This document shows, piece by piece, positions 9,479 through 16,852 of a stretch of 64,000 bases of DNA (positions are counted from its first letter, which is position 1; the number at the start of each line of letters is the position of its first letter). This DNA comes from Planctomycetota bacterium (lineage in GTDB: Bacteria; Planctomycetota; UBA1135; UBA2386): contig JBEGVB010000052.1 of the NCBI GenBank assembly GCA_041178545.1, positions 37,850-101,849 on the forward strand, in the 5' to 3' direction. The notes under the pieces were generated by a model. It made no database searches. It was given only the letters and a program-made list of their open reading frames with translations, and was not told the DNA's origin. The translations under genes and the position numbers were made by a program.

Positions 9479-9892
9479 TCACAGCACTTCGCTGAGGATC
9501 GCCTGGATCTTGCCGAGCGTCCCGTGCAGGCGCTCGCGCTCGTTCTGCAGCGTCTTGACCGCTGCAATGATCCCCTCCAGCGAGCTGGTGTCGATGGCGA
9601 GACCGGCGTTCTTGCGCGGGCGACCGCGCTTCTTGCCGGTGACGGCGACCTTGGCCGCCTTGGGGGCCTTTGCTGCCTTTGCAGCCTTCGCTGCCTTGGC
9701 CGCCTTGCCCGAGCCGCGCGGCGAGAGCTTGACGATGCCCAGCAGCGCCTGCGCGCGGCCGTAGACGATCGGGTACAGCTTGAGCTTCTTCTTGGAGCCC
9801 GCTTCGCGGATCTCGGCAAACGATGCCTGCCGGTTCTTCTGCAGGTAGTCCATCACGAATGCCATTTCTGGCGAGGTCTTCTTTGCGGCCAT
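9479..9892 (-). CDS. Small basic DNA-binding-like protein: K/A repeats, AT-hook (KKRGRPRKN) and a C-terminal coiled coil; candidate nucleoid-associated protein
   Basis: Internal ATG at 9892 of track ORF 9479..10036 gives MAAKKTSPEMAFVMDYLQKN... The middle is GKAAKAAKAAKAAKAPKAAKVAVTGKKRGRPRKN. The C-terminus is heptad-like: LEGIIAAVKTLQNERERLHGTLGKIQAILSEVL. High GC3. Confidence 0.6.
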   Translation of the reverse strand: MAAKKTSPEMAFVMDYLQKNRQASFAEIREAGSKKKLKLYPIVYGRAQALLGIVKLSPRGSGKAAKAAKAAKAAKAPKAAKVAVTGKKRGRPRKNAGLAIDTSSLEGIIAAVKTLQNERERLHGTLGKIQAILSEVL

Positions 9893-10018
9893 GGAGGGAG
9901 TCCTTTGCTTTCTTTCTCTTGTGCGGCGCATGACTGGGAGGGGCACCGACCCAATGAGGGCGGGGATTGTGCGCCGCAATGAACCTGGATGCAAGCAATA
10001 CAGGAAAACAATGAGCCC

Positions 10019-10040
10019 GTGATTGTCCGATGACAATCAC
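10019..10040 (-). terminator. Perfect 9-bp-arm palindrome (GTGATTGTC-cgat-GACAATCAC); terminator or operator candidate
   Basis: Lies 35 nt downstream of the stop of the 10075..11889 gene. On the minus strand it is followed by ...CATTGTTTTCC. It is also about 130 nt upstream of the 9892 start, so an operator role is equally possible. Confidence 0.3.
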
Positions 10041-10074
10041 ATGACCAATGGGTGCCCGGGGACAAGTGACAGGT

Positions 10075-11889
10075 TCATTTGCCGGGCTGCACTTCGACCG
10101 ACTCACCCGGTGCCAGCACCCAGGACCGGACGGGTTGCACTTGGGCCTGGAACTCGTGGGCATCGGTGAGACGCAGCCTGCGCGCGGCAGGGAACACCTG
10201 CGGCAGGAACAGGTCGTCGAACACGACCTGCCTGGGCCTGGCAGCCCGTGCGATCTCGAGGGCATTGGGGTTGCGGAGGCTCAACACCAGCACGTCGCAA
10301 CCCTCGGTGGGCACCTCGGCAGTCGCGAGGGTGGGACCCACCACCATGAGGCGGACCCCGCCCACGAGTTCGATGCGGTAGCCCAGCGACCACGGCACCC
10401 CGCCGTCCGGTGCCTTGTGGCCCAGCGCCTTCACCTGGATGCCGCTGTCCTGGCCGTAGACCTCGCCCGGCTCCACCAGCACCAGGTCCGTCATCGACAC
10501 CACGGGCAGGTGGACGGCAATGTGCATGAGGCACGGGCGCGGCGGCTTGCCGGCATGCATGCGCAGGATCATCTGGTCGTTGCGCCGCACCATGTCGAGC
10601 GGCTGCGTGAGGATGCAGAACTCCATGCCGCCCCAGAGCCAGTGGGCGAGGTCGGGCCCGGCGGCGTCGACCACGAAGTTGGCCTGCTTGCTGCGCACGA
10701 GCCAGCCGCCGAACGGCAGCCGGAACAAGCGGATGCCGCCTGCGGGCGGCTCGGCCTCGGCGGCGCGGGCGACCTGCGCGAGCACCTGGTAGCAGTAGCT
10801 GAGGAAGCCCTCGGCAGTGAGACCCGCAACCTCGCGCGTCATGCGGCGGTGGACGCGCTGGTGGAACTCCAGCCAGTCGACACGCGGGAAGCGTTCGCAC
10901 ACGTCGTCGAGGGCCTCCAGTGCCTTCAGGCGTTCCAGCCCGCCTGCGGAGGCAGGCGGCACCGTGCCGTCGTGTGCTGCAGGACCGTGCGAGGACAGTG
11001 TGCGCATGACGCCGGCAAGCACACCGTCGAGTGCACTGCGCCCCTCGCGCGCGGGTGCCGCCGGGAACTCGGGCACCACGCCACCGAGCGACGCGAGGTC
11101 CTGCACCAGCATGACACTGCCGAAGACACCGGGGTCGACGCGCGGTCCGGTGCCGAACGTCCAGCCCATGCGCGTCTGCGGCATCGGGTCCGTGGTCTCG
11201 TCGAAGTCGTTGAGCACTGCCTGCAGGTCGAGGACCAGGCCGGACGCCGCCTTCACGCCGGGAGCCAGCACAGCCTGCCACGGGATGCGCGCCTCGTAGA
11301 CCGTGCGGCCGTCCTCCTTCGAGTGGGTGACCGCGAGCCTGCCGTCCTCCACCACCCGCGCCGTGCCGCGCAGCCGGTCCCACAGCACCAGTTCGTTGCC
11401 GGTGCCCTCGGCGAGCCAGAACTCCGCGTCCTCGGCGCGCGTGGGCTCGGGGCCGAGCCCGCGTGTGTTCCGTGCGGGGTCGAAGGTGAGCACGAGGTTG
11501 TCGGCAACCGGCAGCTCGGTGAGCAGCACGTTGTCCGGGTCGAGGGCGCGGTGCCACTCGTCGAGCACCTGCGCTGCGAGGTAGAGGTGGGTCTCGTCCC
11601 AGAGCAGGAACACCGCCCCGCTCAGGTCGCGCGGACCGCGCCAGGCCCCCACTGCAGTGCCGCTCAGCTGGCGCACGTCGGAGAGGTCGACGGGCGGCAG
11701 CTCGGGCCACTCGGAGAGGCTGCCGTCCACGTCGATGCGCACGTCCTTGCGGTGTGCGGCGACGGTGCGCGGCACGGGCATCGGCGTGAGCGGTGGTTGC
11801 GCCTGCGCACCGGGGGCGGCTGGCTGCGGGTCCTGGGCGGACAGCAAGGAGGCGAGGATCAGGCAGCTGACGGTCACGGGGAGGATCAT
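10075..11889 (-). CDS. Secreted protein with a CBM9/DOMON-like sugar-binding domain and a degenerate metallo-beta-lactamase-fold-like C-terminal half
   Basis: ATG at 11889 within track ORF 10075..12957 gives the signal-like MILPVTVSCLILASLLSAQD. RIDVDGSLSEWPELPP...FLLWDETHLYLAAQVLD resembles CBM family 9. The C-terminal half lacks an obvious HxHxDH motif. Confidence 0.55.
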   Translation of the reverse strand: MILPVTVSCLILASLLSAQDPQPAAPGAQAQPPLTPMPVPRTVAAHRKDVRIDVDGSLSEWPELPPVDLSDVRQLSGTAVGAWRGPRDLSGAVFLLWDETHLYLAAQVLDEWHRALDPDNVLLTELPVADNLVLTFDPARNTRGLGPEPTRAEDAEFWLAEGTGNELVLWDRLRGTARVVEDGRLAVTHSKEDGRTVYEARIPWQAVLAPGVKAASGLVLDLQAVLNDFDETTDPMPQTRMGWTFGTGPRVDPGVFGSVMLVQDLASLGGVVPEFPAAPAREGRSALDGVLAGVMRTLSSHGPAAHDGTVPPASAGGLERLKALEALDDVCERFPRVDWLEFHQRVHRRMTREVAGLTAEGFLSYCYQVLAQVARAAEAEPPAGGIRLFRLPFGGWLVRSKQANFVVDAAGPDLAHWLWGGMEFCILTQPLDMVRRNDQMILRMHAGKPPRPCLMHIAVHLPVVSMTDLVLVEPGEVYGQDSGIQVKALGHKAPDGGVPWSLGYRIELVGGVRLMVVGPTLATAEVPTEGCDVLVLSLRNPNALEIARAARPRQVVFDDLFLPQVFPAARRLRLTDAHEFQAQVQPVRSWVLAPGESVEVQPGK

Positions 11890-11951
11890 GGGCACAGGAG
11901 CCGTGGGGTCCAAGGCGCCAGTAGCCTGCTGCTGGCGCGCGGCAACCCAGC

Positions 11952-13277
11952 TCACAGCCACCGCATGCGCTCGACCGGCCCGATCACCGCGCGGGGGCGG
12001 CCCACGAAGGCGCTCCGGGGGTAGGGTCCGTGCACGCGGCTGTCGCGGCTGTCGAACGAGTTGTCGCCCAGCAGGAACAGTTGGCCTGGCGGCACCAGCA
12101 ACGGCCAGCCCGAGTCGGATCCCGGCATGCCGGGAACCCGCTCGCGGAAGTGGTGGATGTCGCGGAACACCTCCAGCTGCACGCAGTCGACGGCGCGGAG
12201 CGGGTCGAACGCGGCACTGCCTTCGGCCACGAGACCGAGCGGTGCCACGAACCAGCGGCTGCGGAGCGCGGGTCGTGGGCGGGGACCCTCGTCGGGAACG
12301 GCAAGCAGGGGGTCGTGCTCGATGCACCACGCAGTGCCGTCGACGGCAAACCAGTCGCGGCCGTCGAGGTGGCCGAACGCGACGCGCACGGGCGTGCCCG
12401 GCATGCGTGCGGCAACCTGACGGGACTGCAGCACCGTCGTGCCCTGACGCAGCTCGACGAGCCCGGTCGCGAGTTCCCAGCGGAACATGCGGATGCCGTC
12501 GCGCTGCTCGAGGCCGAACACGAGTTCGCGCACGGCACGGCCCGGCGCGAGCGCGAGCTCGCAGCCGAAGTCGTTGACGACGATGCCGCTGCCCTCGCGG
12601 CCGCGGCTGCCGTCCAGCGCAAGGTAGGAGGCGTCCACTGGACGCACGGAGGCAAGGCACCCGGGTGGGAACGAGTTGTCCTCCATGCCGCGCGGCCTGC
12701 CGGTGCGCACCCCGGCCAGGGCTGTGGCAAGTCCGTCGACCGTGGCGTGGCGGCAGGCGATGCGGAGCGCGGCAGGGACGCCGTTCTGGATCGCCTCGCC
12801 GTCGAGTTGCAGCTGCAAGTCCCACGGCTCGTTGCCCGGCCAACGGAACCATGGCAACCGCATCGAGGCGCTCGCGAGCGGGTCCTTCACGTCGCGGCGC
12901 ACCTGCTGCCGGTCGCTGCCGAGCCACAGGTCCCCGTCGCGCAGGTCGATGCAGCACGCCTGCGGGTCGTCGCCCACGGCTGCAATGCGCTTGACCAGGT
13001 GGTTGCCGGGTGCGTCAGGGTTGTCGAGCACCACGAGGTCGTGCAACTGCAGGCCTGCGGCACCGGCGAGCTTGTCCACGAGCACCACGTCGCCACGAAC
13101 CGGGTCGCCGAAGAGCGTGGGCTGCATCGAGCCGGTCGGCACGACGTAGCGCTCGGCCACGTGACGGCGCATGACCTGCATGGCGACCAGCGCGATGACG
13201 ACCACCGGCAAGACGTCGCGTGCGAGGCGCCAGGTGGCACTGCCGGACTCGGCGCGGGACTCGGGCACGGCGGCCAT
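11952..13277 (-). CDS. lepB: Signal peptidase I with a long insertion between boxes D and E
   Basis: ATG at 13277 within track ORF 11952..14537. Box B PTGSMQPTL, box C GDVVLVDK, box D LVKRIAAVGDD and box E LLGDNSFDSRDSR. N-terminal TM VLPVVVIALVAMQV. Confidence 0.85.
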   Translation of the reverse strand: MAAVPESRAESGSATWRLARDVLPVVVIALVAMQVMRRHVAERYVVPTGSMQPTLFGDPVRGDVVLVDKLAGAAGLQLHDLVVLDNPDAPGNHLVKRIAAVGDDPQACCIDLRDGDLWLGSDRQQVRRDVKDPLASASMRLPWFRWPGNEPWDLQLQLDGEAIQNGVPAALRIACRHATVDGLATALAGVRTGRPRGMEDNSFPPGCLASVRPVDASYLALDGSRGREGSGIVVNDFGCELALAPGRAVRELVFGLEQRDGIRMFRWELATGLVELRQGTTVLQSRQVAARMPGTPVRVAFGHLDGRDWFAVDGTAWCIEHDPLLAVPDEGPRPRPALRSRWFVAPLGLVAEGSAAFDPLRAVDCVQLEVFRDIHHFRERVPGMPGSDSGWPLLVPPGQLFLLGDNSFDSRDSRVHGPYPRSAFVGRPRAVIGPVERMRWL

Positions 13278-13391
13278 GGGCGCGCGAGGATGCCCGATGG
13301 GCTCGCAAGGGTCCACCCCGCGGTGTGCGCATGCGCCGCAGCTGCAGCTCCGTTGCTGGAGCTTTGGTTCGGTCGGACTAGACTCTGGTCC

Positions 13392-14612
13392 ATGACCCGC
13401 ATCGAGGACCTGATCCACGACTGGAACCGGCATGGCGGCGCGTACCAGCCGACCCGGCCGCTGCAGTTCGACGACGAGACCCTGCGCGATGGCCTGCAGT
13501 CGCCAGCCGTGATCGACCCCGCGCTCGACAAGAAGCTCGAGCTGCTCGAGCTGATGGACCGCCTCGGCATCCATACGGCCAACCTGGGGTTGCCCGGTGC
13601 CGGCGGCAGGCCGCGCGAGGACATCCTCCGCATGGCCCAGCACATCGCACAGCGCAAGCTCCGGATCGGTGCCAACGTCGCGTGCCGCACCGTGGTGAGC
13701 GACATCGAGCCCGTCGTCGAGATGACGCAGAAGGCGGGCATCCCGATCGAGGTCTGTGCCTTCATCGGCAGCAGCTACATCCGCCAGTACGCCGAGGACT
13801 GGACGCTGGAGATGATGCTCAAGAACACGCGCGAGGCACTCTCCTTCGCGCAGCGGCACCAGCTGCCGGTCATGTACGTGACCGAGGACACCTCGCGCGC
13901 GCACCCGGACACGATCCGCGCGCTGTACTCGACCGCCATCGAGCTGGGCGCGCGCAGGCTGTGCGTGTGCGACACGGTCGGCCACTCGACACCGCAGGGC
14001 GCGCGGGCGGTGGTGAAGTTCGTGCGCGAGCTGGCGGACCAGCACGACCCGACCCTGGGCGTCGACTGGCACGGCCACCGCGACCGCGACCTCGGCATCG
14101 CCAACTGCCTGGCAGCCATCGAGGCAGGCGCCGACCGCGTGCACGGCTCCGCACTCGGCGTCGGTGAACGCGCGGGCAACGCACCCATGGACCTGCTGCT
14201 GGTCAACTGCCGGCTGCAGGGCTGGATCCGCAACGACCTGACGGCCCTGCCCGAGTACGCCCGCAAGGCGGCGGCGGCCCTGGGCGTCGAGATCCCCCAC
14301 AACTACCCCGTGCTCGGTGGCGACGCGTTCGAGACCGGCACCGGCGTCCACGCTGCCGCCGTGGTGAAGGCCTACCGCAAGGGCGACGTGGAGCTGGCCG
14401 ACTCGGTCTACTCCGGCGTGCCGGCCCACATGGTGGGGCTGGAGCAGGTGATCGCGGTGGGACCGATGAGTGGCAAGTCCAACGCCTCCTGGGCGCTGGA
14501 GAGGCTGGGCATCGAGCCCACCGAGGACCGTGTCCAACGCGTCCTTGCCGCCGGCAAGTCGAGCAAGCGGATGCTCACCAGCGACGAGGTCCGGGCCGCC
14601 TCCGGGTCCTGA
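13392..14612 (+). CDS. HMGL-like / 2-isopropylmalate synthase-homocitrate synthase family protein (no LeuA C-terminal regulatory domain)
   Basis: ATG at 13392 within track ORF 12030..14612. DETLRDGLQSP, CDTVGHSTP, HGHRDRDLGIAN and GVGERAGNAP motifs of the DRE-TIM aldolase/LeuA family. Confidence 0.8.
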   Translation: MTRIEDLIHDWNRHGGAYQPTRPLQFDDETLRDGLQSPAVIDPALDKKLELLELMDRLGIHTANLGLPGAGGRPREDILRMAQHIAQRKLRIGANVACRTVVSDIEPVVEMTQKAGIPIEVCAFIGSSYIRQYAEDWTLEMMLKNTREALSFAQRHQLPVMYVTEDTSRAHPDTIRALYSTAIELGARRLCVCDTVGHSTPQGARAVVKFVRELADQHDPTLGVDWHGHRDRDLGIANCLAAIEAGADRVHGSALGVGERAGNAPMDLLLVNCRLQGWIRNDLTALPEYARKAAAALGVEIPHNYPVLGGDAFETGTGVHAAAVVKAYRKGDVELADSVYSGVPAHMVGLEQVIAVGPMSGKSNASWALERLGIEPTEDRVQRVLAAGKSSKRMLTSDEVRAASGS

Positions 14613-14699
14613 CCGGTCCGGCAGGGGTCCTGGAACCTCGATTCTCCGTCAAGATCGACAGGTGCTTCCTCCGATTCCTGTGGAGGAAACGGAGGAACC

Positions 14700-15065
14700 A
14701 TGAACCAGGTGCTGAACATGGAGGTCGTCGAGGAGCTGATCTCCCTGTCCGACGACGGCAACCCCGAGCTGCTCCTCGAGCTGATCGAGATCTTCCTCAG
14801 CGACACCCCCACCAAGGTGGAGGCCATCGTGCAGGGAGCCGAGGCAGCCGACTTCCATGCCATGGAGCGCGCCGCCCACTCGCTGAAGGGCTCTTCCGGC
14901 AACCTGGGTGCCCAGTGCCTGCAGGAGTCCTGCGAACGGATGCAGTACGCCAGCCGCGCCGAGCAGTTGGAGATCTCCCGCAGCCTGGCGGAACGGATCG
15001 TCCGGGACTTCGAGGCCGCCAAGGTGGCCTTGGTCGAGCTGCGCGACCGGCTGCAGGCCGGCTGA
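14700..15065 (+). CDS. Stand-alone histidine phosphotransfer (HPt) domain protein
   Basis: RAAHSLKGSSGNLGA phospho-accepting His motif in a four-helix-bundle-sized 121-aa protein. GGAGGAA Shine-Dalgarno 3 nt upstream of the ATG. Confidence 0.85.
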   Translation: MNQVLNMEVVEELISLSDDGNPELLLELIEIFLSDTPTKVEAIVQGAEAADFHAMERAAHSLKGSSGNLGAQCLQESCERMQYASRAEQLEISRSLAERIVRDFEAAKVALVELRDRLQAG

Positions 15066-15093
15066 GCGGGGGCGATCGCGCCCCCGGGAAGGG

Positions 15094-15315
15094 TCAGGCC
15101 TGCTGGGAGGCCTCGGCCTCGACGCCGGGCTTCTGCCCTGCGGCATCGGTGGGGTTGGTCAGCTGGAAGCTGGCCGGCTTGCCGCGGTACTGGCACCGGT
15201 GGCACTTGTGGTAGAAGGTGCGCTGGCGCGCCATGCAGGTGTCGACCCCGATCTGGTGGGTGATGAGGGGGGCCGACGGGCCTTCGACGGTGGGACAGAA
15301 GCGCATGCCACTCAT
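15094..15315 (-). CDS. Small Cys-containing protein (CHRC pair), function unknown
   Basis: ATG at 15315 within track ORF 15094..15360 gives MSGMRFCPTVEG...FYHKCHRCQYRGKP. Very high GC3. Four Cys suggest a possible zinc-ribbon-like knuckle. Confidence 0.45.
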   Translation of the reverse strand: MSGMRFCPTVEGPSAPLITHQIGVDTCMARQRTFYHKCHRCQYRGKPASFQLTNPTDAAGQKPGVEAEASQQA

Positions 15316-15396
15316 GGTTGCAGGTCTCGCCCCGCGGCGCCGACGGGTGCCGGAGTCCACGGGGAGCCCCTCACGATAGACCTCTGCCCCCCGCGG

Positions 15397-16230
15397 TCAA
15401 CGCGCAAGGTTGGTGGCAACTCGGTCCCAAGTGGCCTTGCAGGTGCGCAGGGCCTCGGGAGCTGCGTGGCTCGACCGCGACAGCTCGAAGCAAACAGGTC
15501 CTTCATAACCTACTTCTTTGAGAGCACTTAGGACGGCATGGAAGTCCACATCGCCGGTGCCGGGCAGCAGGTGTTCGTGGACCCCGCGCCGCATGTCCTC
15601 CAGGTGCACCTGGACCAGCCGGTCGGCGCAACCGCCGATGGCAGCGGCCGGATCGCCCTCCCAGACCGCGTAGAGATGGCCAATGTCGAGGGTCAGGGCC
15701 GGTGCGGCCTCCCCCAACCTCAGGCAAAGTTCCCGATAGGCCCCCACCGTTTCCACCGCCATGCCCGGCTCGGGCTCGAAGGCCGGCACCAGACCGGCAG
15801 CGCGCACCGCCGCACAGCTGGCGTCGACCCCGGCATCCAGCAGGGTGCGGGAGTCCGGACCGGGGGCGCGGTCGATGCCCGCCCAGAACGACACCACCTT
15901 GGCACCCAGGTCCGCCCCGAGGGCGGCACACCGGCGCGTGTAGTCCAACCGCCGCGCCCGGGCGGCCGGGTCCCGGGTCATGAGGGTGGGCTCGTGCTTG
16001 CAGGTGGGATCCAGCACGAACCGCGCCCCGGTCTCCACCACCACCTCCAGCCCGAGGCGTTCGAGCAGGGTGCCGATGGCCCCCACCTCCGCCGCCGTGG
16101 AGCGGAAGGGGTCGAGGTGCATCACGTCGGGGGTGAGCGCCACCACGGCGTAGCCTGCGTCGGCCACGAGCCGGAGGGCATCCTCCAGCCGGTGGTTCTG
16201 CAGGCCGCTCGTGTGGTAGCCAGCCCGCAC
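15397..16230 (-). CDS. Sugar phosphate isomerase/epimerase (xylose isomerase-like TIM barrel) family protein
   Basis: GTG at 16230, 2 nt after the upstream stop, within track ORF 15397..16380. EPEPGMAVET, LDIGHLY and VHLEDM motifs typical of the AP-endonuclease-2/xylose-isomerase-like fold. Confidence 0.75.
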   Translation of the reverse strand: MRAGYHTSGLQNHRLEDALRLVADAGYAVVALTPDVMHLDPFRSTAAEVGAIGTLLERLGLEVVVETGARFVLDPTCKHEPTLMTRDPAARARRLDYTRRCAALGADLGAKVVSFWAGIDRAPGPDSRTLLDAGVDASCAAVRAAGLVPAFEPEPGMAVETVGAYRELCLRLGEAAPALTLDIGHLYAVWEGDPAAAIGGCADRLVQVHLEDMRRGVHEHLLPGTGDVDFHAVLSALKEVGYEGPVCFELSRSSHAAPEALRTCKATWDRVATNLAR

Positions 16231-16232
16231 GT

Positions 16233-16805
16233 TCAGCCGCCCTGCTTGCGGACCTTGTTGTTCAGTGTCTGGTAGGCACCGAACAGCTTCTCGAGCTGGG
16301 TGTACTCGGCGGGCTGGGCCCAGTCGCCGAGCTGGGCCTCCTCCTGCCACAGCAGGTTGGGCTCCACCAGCTGGTTCCACTGCTCCAGCACGTCCTTGGC
16401 GCGCCCGGCGGCCTCCCGAGCCTTCATGTTGTCGCCGCCGTTGCGCAACGTGACGCTCTCGTTGAAGAGGACCGTGGCCTGGGCCTCCAGCTGGGCGAGC
16501 TTGCCGAGCGTCTCCTGCGTGAGCGCCGGGGCGGGGCGGCCCGGAGTCTTGCCAGCCTTGGCGCTGCCGGCGGGGAGCGAGACGACGGGAGCGGGTGCAG
16601 CCGCGGGTGCCGCGGCAGGAGTCGAGGTGCCTTGGTTGGCGGGCACAGCAGGCTTCTTGCCGCCGCCACCGCTCATCACGAGCAACAGTCCCACCACCGC
16701 AACGGCCCCCACGACGAGCAGCAGCGTCTGGGACGAGGAGGAACTGGAGCTGGACGAGCTGGCGCGGGAACGCGGGCGCGAGCCACCGGACGAGCGGGAT
16801 GCCAT
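16233..16805 (-). CDS. Membrane-anchored protein of unknown function (poly-Ser N-terminus, one TM)
   Basis: MASRSSGGSRPRSRASSSSSSSSSSQ, then TM LLLVVGAVAVVGLLLVM, a Pro/Ala linker and a helical C-terminal domain. High GC3. Tightly linked to the downstream isomerase gene. Confidence 0.6.
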   Translation of the reverse strand: MASRSSGGSRPRSRASSSSSSSSSSQTLLLVVGAVAVVGLLLVMSGGGGKKPAVPANQGTSTPAAAPAAAPAPVVSLPAGSAKAGKTPGRPAPALTQETLGKLAQLEAQATVLFNESVTLRNGGDNMKAREAAGRAKDVLEQWNQLVEPNLLWQEEAQLGDWAQPAEYTQLEKLFGAYQTLNNKVRKQGG

Positions 16806-16852
16806 GGCTGGCTTCTACCCCTTGGTGCGGGGCACGGGGAAGTCCCGTTTGC

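Noticed and set aside
9640-9715. Short periodic DNA repeats (9-bp GCNGCCTTN units at 9640..9715; the poly-Ser GAG/GGA run near 16730..16790) as possible CRISPR or VNTR elements
   Set aside because: They are in-frame codon repeats encoding KAA and Ser low-complexity tracts inside CDS. There is no spacer-repeat architecture.
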